From: Thalia democratica
Lineage: Eukaryota
NCBI GenBank assembly: GCA_965202585.1
Contig: OZ241829.1
Span: forward strand, 8,618,001-8,682,000
DNA: 64,000 nucleotides
Direction: 5' to 3'
The translations under genes and the position numbers were made by a program. Below the pieces are notes generated by a model. The model worked only from the letters and a program-made list of their open reading frames with translations, had not been told where the DNA came from and made no database searches. Each line of letters begins with the position of its first letter. Position 1 is the stretch's first letter. Of the stretch, positions 9,930 through 21,929 are shown in pieces.

Positions 9930-12506
9930 TATTGTTTGCTGAAAAAAGAATTAGTTACAAGCTTACTTAATCTAATACTCTAAACACGTTAGAATTATTT
10001 AAGAAACGTATTTTTTTTTTAATTTGTGATAGATCTTAACATTAGCTGTAAAAAAATATATATGAGTTTAAAGCATTGTACGCAGTATATATACAATATG
10101 CTTCAATTTACTTCTAAGAACTAAATAAACAAAAAAATGTTCTTATAAAATTCGTGCCTTAGTAAAAGTTATAAACGTTTTTTATTAACAATTGATATTT
10201 TGTTCACGTTTTTTAAATATAACACCTTTAAACAGTAACAATATTGTTTGTTAAAGCTTTTATTCTTAAAAAATCAATAAACACTTTTACAAGAAATAAA
10301 AGCTTTAATTAGCAAAAAATTTTATTGCATTTACTAAGTAAAGCTAATTAATACGGTTTGATTTATCGACGTGCTTTTAATGTACATAAATATTTATTTC
10401 TCAAAATCACTGCCTAATATTTAATGTAATGTAGAATATTATCTATTGAGCTTTATAAATTTCTTATGGTTTTAAAAAAATTAACAAATAAATTTTTATT
10501 AAAGTATTTGTTGAATAAATTAAACTGATCAACCTTAAACATTAACCCTAATAAAGTATTTAAAAAATTTTTGTTTTTAAATTAGACTGGCATATTTATC
10601 TATTTAGTTTTACAAAATCTTTTAACCTCATGAGTTTGTAATAAACAAACTAATCCTTACCGAAACACATAAATAAATTAGTGGTAGTAGAAAATACTTT
10701 GAAGATCAAGTTTAAAAGTTCAACAAAAAAAAAAACTATGATTTGTAGGTATGGATAATTTATTTATGAACGTGCTTTTGTAAAACATATTATATGTTTT
10801 AATGTTATTTGTACACTTTTGCTACGGATAAATTTATTTACAATGCTTTAAACAGGCAATAACTAATTTAGACCATAAGTAATTGCTTTAAAACCATATG
10901 ATTTCTTAAATCAATATTATAAAACGACTGTTATGACTTGACTAGTAGCTTGGTGCTTGACAAAAAAGTAGATTTTTTGTCGGTCTTTTTAAAAATAACT
11001 AAGTATTACAATATTACAAAGTATATTACAATATACTTATTATACATATTAATGTTAGTTTAGTGCATTTTATAAACATTTTTATTACAAATAATCATGG
11101 CTTTAATAAGCTAGTAAATAAAAAAGCGTGTTAAACTAAATTGAAACCTTTCAAAGCGCACGTATAAAAAGTATTGTTTAGGTGATTACCTTTACTTTAA
11201 TGTTTAAGTTCCAAGTAAGCTTTTGTACTACGGTATTAACAAACATCCACAAAATTGTTTTAAATACTTTTTTAACAAAACATTTTGTTTTATATTAAGG
11301 TCTGCATGTGTTCTTTGAAAAATTAGTTTATATTTTTATTAAATAGTTTTTATGAGTACTTATTTGAACATATTTTTTTTTCAAACTAAACTTGTTATGG
11401 ATTAGTTGTTGTTGCATACATACTTATGAGTTTGCAAGTAATAAATTATTAAAACTTATGTAGTTTTTATATCTAGTTATTAATTTTAGTTTTATAAAAA
11501 AATATTTTTAACACTTTGAACATTCAAAGTAACAGAATGTTAATATTTAAAAAACTTTTATGATATAGTTCCTTATTACCAATTTTTATGCTTGCATTTA
11601 AACAAGATTGCATTTAAACCAATTTCTATTGCATTAAATACCTTTAACCAAATTAATACAGAAGTTTTCCTAGAAGTATCTTAATTTCTAGTATTGTTTG
11701 TGTAATTTCGCATTTTGATTGACTTAACTACCCTATTGACTTTTATAATTTCCTTCACAACAAATACTTTAAAGTTTAAGTTTTACGTAAAACTTGGTGT
11801 AGATGTTTTACTTTTATAACTTTAAATTAGTTCAAGTAAACTTTTGTTAAACTAGTAGACATGGAAAGACGCTTAGTTTATGTTTTTATTTAATTAATTA
11901 TCTATTTAATTATTACTAAGTAATGTTTATATTTATTTAATCGTTGAATATTCTAATGTGCTAGCTCATAGCTTTAGGTAAAATTAAATATTTTTAAACT
12001 CATTCATGTCTTATTAACTATTAAGTTGATGTAAACTTTTCTATTTATATATTCAGACTTAAGCTTTGCGTTATTGAGTTAGGAATAGTTTACGAAACTT
12101 GACAACTTTTTAAAAGATTTTCACACATTATTAGTATTTTTCTACAATATTACAAGTCATTTTAATGCTTCAGTCTTTATTGATAAGCTTTATTAGGATC
12201 AACTTTATTTGTTATATTTCTGTTAGTTTGAGAAACTAGCGATTTAGATTTAGCTAAACTGTAGACTAACTACAGCTATATGTATAATATTAAAACACAG
12301 GCTGTTACGATCATAAAAAAAAATAGCAAATTTTAAAAAGTGATCGTGTATGTGTTTTTAGCATGCCTGTTTTTTGATTAAAAAAAACATTATTAAACAA
12401 ACGTCGTTTATGTACCTTAAGATGTTTGAAATCCTTATTAATAATAAATTTGTTTAGCCCTTTGTCAGTAAGTATTTAGCTACAACTAAACTTTTTAAAA
12501 CTTATA

Positions 12507-12980
12507 AAAAAGTTTTTACGTCATAAATATACAAATATGAAAAAATTCAAAAAATTTATAATGAATTTAAATTCAAATTTTTATAGCGTTTTAAAGGTAA
12601 GTTTAGAAAAACAAAAAAAAATCAAATTTTAAGAATACGGAAAAACACTTTAAACTTAATTATACATTAAACATTTTACAAAAACACAAAATGAAAAAAA
12701 AAAGCATTAATTTAAAATCTTAATGAAATTTTAAATCTCTAAAAGTTTTTACGTCATAAATAAACAAATATGAAAATATTCAAATAATTTATAATGAATT
12801 TAAACTCAAATTTTTATAGCGTTTTAAAGGTAAATTTAGAAAAACAAAAAAAAATCAAATTTTAAGAATACGGAAGAACACTTTAGACTTAATTATACAT
12901 GAAACATTTTACAAAAACACAAAACGACAAAAAAAACATTAATTTAAAATTTTAGTTAAATTTTGATTTTAAAAATCTCG
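12507..12980. repeat. Tandem duplication, two ~233-bp units, upstream of the collagen-fibrinogen gene
   Basis: ACGTCATAAAT starts at 12518 and 12751, and the following ~220 bp align with few differences. Confidence 0.92.
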
Positions 12981-13419
12981 TTGTGTTAGCGTATTTACGA
13001 CTTTTGAGTTCGAATGAATAGCTATTCTAGAAATGCAGAGTTGAAAATGTTTTTATATTTAGACAGTTTTTAATCTTCCATCCATTTAAGTATCTGCACA
13101 ATTCTGTGTATCCAGAAGGTCTACTTGAAAATGTTATGTTTACCTTTTTTTTTGTTTTAAAATTTATTCATGTCTGAATATTTGTTATAATTTTATGTTT
13201 AACAATTTTTCGCTCAACACATTATTGTTTTAAAAGGTATGTTTTATGCTTGAAACAATTTTTTTTTAATTATAAAAATAAAAACAAAAAAAACTAAATT
13301 AAACTTATTTACCTTTTTACTTAAAATCTAAAGTAGAAACACAAAATTACACTCATATCAAACAAAAACTTTTAGATTTAATATAAACCTTAGTATATAG
13401 AACACTGTCACAAAAACAG

Positions 13420-14605
13420 ATGGTTTTGAAACTTTGTACAAAAGCTCTTTTGCTGGTGTGCTTTTCAGCCACAGTTTTTTCAGAACACCGCCCCCAAGTG
13501 ACAGAACGTCTTTCACCAGATGCAAATGACGATGCTGTAAAACCTGAAGGCAATGTTTCTGAAACTTTAGCACAGCAAAGTAATGGAAATATTAAAGATA
13601 ATAATGAACCGCAAGAAAAGCCTGTACTTGAGCATGATAGAGACGAAGCAGAAAAAGAGTTTGTAGATCGTTTAGGTGAAGTTGCGAGCGTAGAACACTA
13701 CGGGACCTACAATGAGGGCATGATGGGTCACATAACTGACGAAGAAGCGTGCAGGTTGGAGTTGGAGTTACTCTCATTAACAATGAGCGGGGATAGTTGT
13801 CTTGAGTTTATGAGCACAGTGTATGAGCCTTTAAGTAAACACGAGATGAATCTGATGTTTTTAGAAAATGATCTTTTACGTGAACGCAAGATTCGTATTG
13901 AGGAATATATTAGTGACTACGAGAGTCGTCAAGAGACTGCAGGCACAAATGACTCGGAGGCAGCTGAAACTGTCGTGAATGACCCAAAAGTAGACCCATG
14001 GAGTTCTAACAATGAAACTGGAGACGAAGATGAGAAGTACTTTGAAAACACTTACTACGCAGATCCTGCGAGTAAAAACGATGAAAAAGTTGAAACTGCA
14101 GATGCGAATGATTCGGGCGCGGCAGAAAAACATCAAACAACTGAGAAAGTGGCACAAAGTAATGCAAAACTCTATGTGCCCTGGGACCACGAAACTGTCA
14201 GCTGCAAGAGGTGGAAGACCCAGGTCCTCGACTGCGGCGACCACGACCAGGGTCGAAACGGCCAAAAAGGTCAGAAGGGAGAAAAGGGCGATTCTGGGCG
14301 CGAGTTGAAAGGAGAAAGTGGCGTCACTGGAGATGATGGGGCGCGGGGTGAGAGGGGGCAACGGGGTCGTGACGGTAGGAGGGGTGGAGACGGTCTTCAA
14401 GGCGACGAGGGGCCGAGGGGCGAGGAGGGCGAGGCGGGACCCGGATGCGATGAGGAGGAATTGGAGGAGATGGTGAGGAGAAACGAGATGATGGAGGAGA
14501 ATTTCGAGGAGGCGGTGAAGGATCAGGAGTGGATGGAGGGAGAGTACGAGGAGTTGAAGGCGAGCCACGACGAAATTCATGACCTTATGTACAAACTCAT
14601 GGGAG
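13420..14605 (+). CDS. Ficolin-like exon 1 (signal peptide, acidic region, collagen, coiled coil)
   Basis: ORF-track 13420..14619. The true end is likely the phase-1 donor G|gtttga at 14605/14606. Confidence 0.9.
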
Positions 14606-17600
14606 GTTTGAAAAATTGAATATTTACTTTTACTTAACTTATTTTTTCCGTAACAAAAAAATATTTTTTAATTTTACGTGAACTAGGAAATTATCTAATT
14701 AGCAACAATATTTATTTAATTTTTGTTCTGTTTCCTTCAGTTCATGAGAGGTTTGAACAATTTATTTTTTATTTACACCTTGTTTTTTTTTAGTACTTGT
14801 TATGTATTTTCTGTCCCTCTTCAACGTAGAAGCCATTCATTTTTTTTCAAACAAACTTGCAGTACTGCATTTTGTTATGTGTAATAAATTTATTTGTTAA
14901 ACACACAACGTGCTTGTAAATGATTTCAACTAACAAGTCTTCAACTCACAGTTTGAATCACAGGTGGTCCCTGCAAAGTTGACGTCGGACCGGTTGAAAA
15001 CGGCCGGGCCAGTGCCACGGACGGAACTTACCTCCACAACGGAGAACAGCTCAGGCTGGTGTGCGATGAAGGGTTCGAACCTGTTCGAGCAGAAGCGAAG
15101 ACTTGCGAGAACGGACGGATCTTGCCGTCTGCCGATGAAGAGCCGTTCAAATGCGTGTCAAGGAGTTAGTTTGAATTATAGCGACGTGTGTTGACGTCTC
15201 ATATGGGCTGCAGACTACCTTAAAATCTATGGTTGTTTTTTTTATTTAGGCAAAATGTCTCGAAGTTACAATAAATGTTTGGAATTTAAAATCTAAAATC
15301 TAGAAAAAAACTGAATTCTAGGTATTTTATGTTACTCTGCACCTTTGTTACGTCATCACGTTTTACTAATAGTTAGTTATTGAGTTTGTACTTTAGAAAA
15401 CCACATAAAACGCGTCAAAACAAGTTTTACTTTGTGTAGTTTTATTTTAAACACCAGCTATTGAAGCAACAGATTGTGGTAGCAGTTATAAAAAATACTT
15501 GATACTTTTTCACAAGTTTAATTTTAACACAACTGCGCTGAAACAAATTTGTTTCCAGATCCTAGTTCGTTTTGTAACTAAAAACAAAATAATGAATTTT
15601 TATAGTTATTATTAACAACTTAAATAAAAGCACCATCACAGTAATTGATTGCGACTACATAAAGAAGAGAAACTCATCATCGGAGAGCGGAATTTACACG
15701 ATAAGGCCGCTGAAGAATGACACGACTGAGATGGAGGTTTATTGTGACATGGAAGGCAGAAACGGATGGATTGTTTGTTCTTATAATTATATTCTGATAA
15801 TTAGACTTTTAATCAAACTAATTAACTTATATGAATAAATCTTTAATAGTTGTATTTAACACTTTAAAAGTTGTTTACATTACTTTAGCATTTAAAATCA
15901 AATTCAGATAAAATTTTAAGTCTGTTGAATAAATAAAAAAACTAGAACAAATTGCATTCCTTAGCAATCTATCACTAAAAGTAAAAGGCTTTAAAAAAAC
16001 ATATTAAGACTATTTTTTGGCAGCTCTTTAAAGATGATAATTCTTTATGTGTTAACTACGTAAGTTCTAGGTAAGTTGTGTATGATCAAATTCAATGCTA
16101 CTGATTATTTGAATACAGCAACTATGCTAGCTAAATTCATTCTGTTCGAGTTTTAAGAATAAATAGTTAAAAACAATTTAAGAAGAGAAAGCAGCACAAG
16201 AACTTCGATTAAATTTTCTTCTTTCAGAAATATAAAACTTTGACAATTAAGACATTTTGATTTAAAAATGAGTCACTTGAATAACTTGGCAACCGGAGGA
16301 AAACAAAAAAAAAATGTTTGGTTGTTTCAGTCTAAAACTATTGAATATTCTTTTTACATACCCACAAAATGTATTTTTACTAAATTTGGTAAACATTTTA
16401 AGAAATTAAAGTCAGATATGGGTTAAAGTTTAGCGAATTTAAAAAACAAAATTTTATTAAAACATCAAGCTTTTCTCTGGAGTTTTTTTCTTTCAACAGC
16501 TCTAATTAAAGTTTAGAAACTAAACATCAAACACTACAATCGTCTTTTCCTTAAAAACCAGCTTTTAGTAAACTGAAATCTAATTGACACGCAATTGCTT
16601 GTTGAAGGTCATGCAAAGGAGATTTGACGGTGGTATTGCCAGTTTTGCTCGAAATTGGGAAGAATATTCGGACGGTTTCGGCGACAAAAGTGGAGAACAC
16701 TGGCTGGGTAACAATAAATAAAGATAATCAAAATATCAATAAAATTACTAATAATAATAACAATACTAATATCTATATAACATTAACAATAATCATAAAT
16801 AAGTTAAACAAACAATAAAAGATACATTTTTTTGAATGTTCAAGCTTGGTACTTTTTTTAAAATAAATATAAAGTACTGACAACTTCATTAACTTATTTT
16901 TGTTTAGCTTAAAACTTGTTTAATATTTTGTTGTACAGTTTTTTGTAAAGTTAAAAACACTAGATATAACCAATTAGAATTTAATTTAAGATTTGTTATA
17001 CGTGTTTAGATAATTGTTATAGTTTTATATAAATTAAAAAGAAGTAAAAGGCTAAAATGTAATTAAGTACAGAAAGATCAATGATGTTTGTTTGACTAAA
17101 AAAAGGAAAAATTCAAAAACATTTTATTTTATTTTATATATATATTTTTTTTTCACCTAAATAATATAAAAGTACAAGAGAAGCAAGTCATTAAATAAAA
17201 TTAACTTATACTTTATTTACCATAAATGTATACAAATATCTGTAAGTACATATGGCGGTATTTTATCAAAAATATATTAACTTGAAGTATATTGAGTGTT
17301 GTAAATTATAACGTATAAAAAACAGATGTATAAGTACTAGTGTGATATAAAGTAACTAGGAAAAGAGTATAACAATAGTAAAGAAAACAGAATTTGCAAA
17401 ATTTTTTTATAGCTATTCAATAAAAAATAGCTTTTAAACCTACTTTTCTAGTTTAAGTTTTATTGTTTCAACCTTAACAAGTCAAAGTTGAAGGACAAAA
17501 AACCGACCACTACAATAACACAGGGCTGAGAAAAATGTACGAAATTTTGAAAAACAAAGAGTACGTTCTGAGGGTAGAGCTTGAAAAGTTCAAAGTTTAC

Positions 17601-19877
17601 CGCTACACTCACAGATTCTACCCAGAATACGGTGTATATGAGATGTACATCGACCCCCCGCATAAGGGGCACGCTCAGTACGAGTGAGTTTATCTCTCAA
17701 AGAAAACTATTTGCATGTACGTATTTGTTTCAAAAGAAAAAAAAACACAAGTAAAATGGTAATTTGTAGGTGTTTTTTTTTAATATGATAGGAATTGTTC
17801 TTTTTTTTGTGATTAAATACTTTCACTAAAGGCAAACATTAGTATACGTATTTAAAAGACAAATTATGTGTTAGTGATCAAAATAGTTCATTTTATTGTT
17901 GTTTTCAAAACTCTCTAATCCACTTCAGCTTTATAAACATTACGTGAGTAGTTTATTTAAAGTCAATGTTTTTATAGTACATTTTACCTTGGACCAGAGT
18001 CGGAAAATTTCACTTTGGCAGTTGGTGGTTATTCAGGAGACGCAGGTAGTAAAAGTTAAATTTTGTACTACTTTAAATATAAGATGAGTTTAATATAAAA
18101 TTATTAATTTAAAGATTTTTGAAAGATGAGTTTATAGAGACTGATAAAAAGATTCGAAATTAAGTTTCAAGTAACTATTAAATTTTTTAAGTATTTCAAA
18201 TATAAGTAAACGTTTTAAACAAAGTGATGATGATTAGAGTTTCGTTTTATAATTGTTTTTTATATATTAAGCTTAAAATTTACGCTCTACTACCTTTTAA
18301 CAAATTTTTAATTTTAATTTTTAAGTAATTAAAATTAGCTTAATTTCCACCATGGGTAAAAAATATTATATTTCCGAGTTCTGGCAACGCTTGTGTAGAA
18401 TGTGTTATACTGTATGGCTGTTTTGTTATGGTATTTCGAAAGTGCACTTTTTACCATGTTTGTGGTTTCAGACACAAAATAAAAAACTAATTAATACTTT
18501 TCATACTTAAATTAAAATAATTTCATTTTTCAAAACTTTAATTTAGCTAACTTGAGAAAACTTTAGTGTTATATTTGAAGATAATATATTGCCTATTTTT
18601 CTGTAAAAAAGGCTGTAAAGGTTATGCGGCCATATCTTGAAAAAGTAGAAACGAATTTTTTTAGCACATTAAAATCGGTCCATTTTTGATCTTCCAACGC
18701 TTCAGACTAACAAAACACTCAAATAAGTTAACTTATTGTTCAGGAGTGGCATGAAAAGTATAATCATTTTTTGCAGGAGACGCTTTCAAATCCAGAAACA
18801 ACTCCGATCCGTTCCACTCCATGTCCACTTCAAACGGGCAGCAGTTTTCCACTTTTGACAAAACGAAGGAGAAATACAACCCATTCGAATCACACGAAAG
18901 CTGCTCCAGTTAGTTTGTTTTCTTTAATTTTAAAATTAGTTTTCCGAGTAAGTTGTCACGTTCGCGCATCAGGGCGGCTAGGAACAAAAAAAACTGAAAC
19001 GTTTTGTTTCAAGTTTAGAAGTTTCGCTCGAGTCATTGCTGTTTGCTTATCCTGTGCAACTGTGCCAAGACTTGTCATTTTAACTTACAATTGTTTAAAA
19101 AATTACATAACTCTGTAGTTCAAAGCGAACAAATGTTTAATAATTGTTCACTTGGCATAACAGCATTAGCAACCTGTTAACGATGTAAAAGTTCAATGTT
19201 TCCATAAAAGTTTAGTTAAAACTTTATTTCAACTTATGTCACGCTCAAGTAATTTTGCATCTGTGACACTGCGTAAAAATAAAGTTCACCATTTAAACTT
19301 TTCAAAGAAAAGTTTTCAATTTTTTTACAGATAATTTCAGCATTTGAAAATTTCCCAGAAAAGTTAAACGCTCCGAAATTTTCATTTGAAACTTCAACAT
19401 TCATGTTTTTGCAGAACACTAAAAGTTCAACATTCATGTTTTTGCACAGAACGGTACGGCATGGGGGGATGGTGGTTCAACGACTGCGCGGAGGGTTCGC
19501 ACCTGAACGGAAACAGGACTTACACGGGGAACCATGTGGGGTGGGGGCAGGGAATACAGTGGGACACGTTCGACGAGCTTCGGGTAAAATATTCAGTCAA
19601 ATTTTAATCAAAAAAAATTTTTGTTTTCACTTGAAATAAAATAACGAAGCTGAATGAAACTCACTTTTAAAAACTATGGTTGAAAAGTTAAAACTTTTGT
19701 CGTAAAATTTAAAACCCGCTTTTCTTCTGCAAGCAAAACGTTTTTGGGAACATGCCAGTTTAGTAACATATTAAAATTAAAAATCAATGCCAATTTTATT
19801 ACCAGGTGCCGTTTAAATCTTCCAAGATGATGGTCAGGAGAAGATTTCAGGGAGAAGAAGAGGAAAAATCAATGTGA
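13420..19877 (+). CDS. Secreted ficolin-like protein: signal peptide, acidic region, collagen, coiled coil, sushi/CCP and fibrinogen-related domain (9 exons, ~727 aa)
   Basis: Exons: 13420-14605, 14964-15164, 15642-15772, 16608-16707, 17524-17683, 17978-18045, 18777-18908, 19450-19583, 19806-19877; all GT-AG, phases consistent, 2184 nt in total. Motifs: 21 Gly-X-Y triplets; sushi C..G...C..GF....C.NG.....C; FReD DC..GIYTI..VYCDM..GW, VMQRRFDG..W.EY..GFG...EHWLG, YSGDAGDAF, FSTFD, GGWWFNDC..LNG, IQW, SKMMVR. Confidence 0.9.
14964..15164 (+). CDS. Ficolin-like exon 2 (sushi/CCP domain)
   Basis: GPCKVDVGPVENGRASATDGTYLHNGEQLRLVCDEGFEPVRAEAKTCENGRILPSADEEPFKCVSR; 4 Cys, phase 1-1 module. Confidence 0.85.
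15642..15772 (+). CDS. Ficolin-like exon 3 (fibrinogen domain start)
   Basis: IIDCDYIKKRNSSSESGIYTIRPLKNDTTEMEVYCDMEGRNGWI. Confidence 0.92.
16608..16707 (+). CDS. Ficolin-like exon 4
   Basis: VMQRRFDGGIASFARNWEEYSDGFGDKSGEHWLG. Confidence 0.95.
17524..17683 (+). CDS. Ficolin-like exon 5
   Basis: LRKMYEILKNKEYVLRVELEKFKVYRYTHRFYPEYGVYEMYIDPPHKGHAQY. Confidence 0.88.
17978..18045 (+). CDS. Ficolin-like exon 6
   Basis: DTFYLGPESENFTLAVGGYSGDAG. Confidence 0.93.
18777..18908 (+). CDS. Ficolin-like exon 7
   Basis: DAFKSRNNSDPFHSMSTSNGQQFSTFDKTKEKYNPFESHESCS. Confidence 0.92.
19450..19583 (+). CDS. Ficolin-like exon 8
   Basis: KRYGMGGWWFNDCAEGSHLNGNRTYTGNHVGWGQGIQWDTFDELR. Confidence 0.93.
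19806..19877 (+). CDS. Ficolin-like exon 9 (last coding exon)
   Basis: VPFKSSKMMVRRRFQGEEEEKSM*; AATAAA follows at ~20000. Confidence 0.85.
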   Translation: MPFKSSKMMVRRRFQGEEEEKSM

Positions 19878-20332
19878 GTGCGTAGTTGATGACGTAATAA
19901 TAGAGACGCTTTATTGGTACGGGTGGAGCTGAATGGTCTTTCTCGATCAACTGCGTCGTTTTTGTTTTTTCGACTTAACATATTTTTGTTTAGTTTTCAA
20001 TAAAATATACTTATTAATGAATAGTAACAGTAAATTGTAAGGTAGCTTCTTTATTATCAGCTAAAAAAATATATTGATTGGTTAACAAGTGTTTTGCACC
20101 AAGTATCATACTCATTTGAGAGTCGCTGAAGTTTTTTAGTACATTTTTTTTCAATTTAAACAAACTATATCTACAGGCCTAAAATTTTTCCATTGTTTGA
20201 TGGTTATAATTTCAATGAGTTTAATATGCTGATTAAATTGCGCCATTATGTGGCGTGTTTTTTAACAACAGGGTAAACACTCTACCACCTAGCTTAGATA
20301 GTACATAAAAAAGTTATAATATAATATTATAA

Positions 20333-21467
20333 TTTTTTGTATTAAACAAGCTTACAACAACACAGATGTATACTAAAATTGTTTACTAGACGCATTGCTG
20401 TAAAAAGCCATGGTTTTTAAGTTTGGTACCAGTCAATTAGTTTAAAACTAATTATTTTAACTAAAATATTTTTTTCCTTGTTAAGTTAGTTTATTTGCAG
20501 TATCTTAATATTTTTACCTAAAGTAAATGGTTTATCATAAATTTCTCCATATACTTTACAATGTAGTTGTAAAACTTGAATATTGAACAGTATTATAAAT
20601 ATAACCTTTTAACATTATCAAATAAAATTTATTTGAAGTATTTAAAATGTTTTGTAAATTTGTTCAAGGCTGGTACACTTTTTTTTTATAAAATAAAAAG
20701 TAGGTTTAATTTAGCTTTAATACTATTAAGTTGCTTTTATTTTTAATGTTATCATATAAAAATAGGTTAAAGTCTAAAAAATATGGTTTAAGTTATATAA
20801 TAGAGTGTAATAATAAAAGTCAATAAAATAAATTCGCAAACACTAATAGTATAAGTTGATTTTCCGACCAAGATTTAAGATTTATTTAAATTAATAGTTT
20901 TCTTGATAACTAATGCTGAAATAGTGAAATAGTTTTTTTTTGTATTTTTGTATTAAACAAGCCTACAATAACGCAGCTGTATACTAAAATTGTTTATTAG
21001 TCGAATTGCTGTAAAAAGCCATGGTTTTTAATTTGGGATCAGTCAATTTTTCTTGTTATATGTACTAGTTTAGTTGCAGTATGTCAAAACTTTTATCTAA
21101 AACAAATGGTTTCATATACAATATAATTCTACAACTTGAATTTTAAACAATTTTAAAAATATGAGCGCACTTTTTTTTAATTATCAAATAAAGTTTAAAT
21201 TGTTTTCTTACAGTTGTCCATGACTTGAACACATTTTGTTTATAAAATAAAGTTAAATTGCATTAGCTTTATAACTCTAAAGTTTTTTATTTTAATGTTA
21301 TCACACAAAATTAGTTTTATTTCTAGAAAATACAGTCTAAGCTATATAACAGAGTGTAATAAAAAAAAATATAATAAAATCAACTACCGAAACATGGATA
21401 GCACAAGTTGATTTTCCGATCAAAATTTTAATTAATAGTTTTCTGAATAACCAATGCCTGTGAAATT
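20333..21467. repeat. Older tandem duplication, two ~520-610-bp AT-rich units
   Basis: ATTAAACAAG..TATACTAAAATTGTTTA..TTGCTGTAAAAAGCCATGGTTTTTAA at 20341 and 20952 (offset 611). Similarity continues to GTTGATTTTCCGA..TTAATAGTTTTC at ~20855 and ~21407. Confidence 0.88.
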
Positions 21468-21929
21468 ACCAGTTTTAACAACTTTTTTCAAGATGTTTTC
21501 TAAGATAACAACATACTTATGACTTTTAGCCTTTTTTGTTTATTTTGAAATTTTTTAAACAGTTTATATTGTTTTCAAAACTAGATTTATTATTAAGTTT
21601 TCTGGTATATATACTATTAAAAATAAAAGAGTAACTACATACTGTACACAAAATTGTTATAAAAGAGTTTGAAAGTAGTAAAATTTGATTGCAATACAAA
21701 CTTTAAGGTGTAACTGTTTTAAATTTTTAGTTTTTGAAACAAACTTACCATTAAATCATTGATGAGTTTATTCCTTTTAAAGCATTAACTATCCATTTTT
21801 TTATTCCGTAAAAAAATATTTATTGTATGCTAAATTAAATTGAAAATAAAACAATAAAGTTAAATGTTGTTTTTAATTATTATTGTTTATTGAATCAAAA
21901 AAGCGCTCAAAAAGTTTGGTCTAAGAACC

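Noticed and set aside
13592-14580. Antisense and alternative-frame ORFs (234, 98 and 63 aa) over the lectin exon
   Set aside because: Shadows of a GC-rich coding exon with no recognisable motifs.
13420-14619. 399-aa ORF taken as a complete single-exon protein
   Set aside because: A phase-1 donor at 14605/14606 joins in frame to the sushi and fibrinogen exons; the stop at 14617-14619 is probably intronic.
18351-18458. Short inverted repeat CATGGGTAAAAA / TTTTTACCATG in a lectin-gene intron
   Set aside because: Imperfect 11-12-bp match with no TSD or second copy; could be chance.
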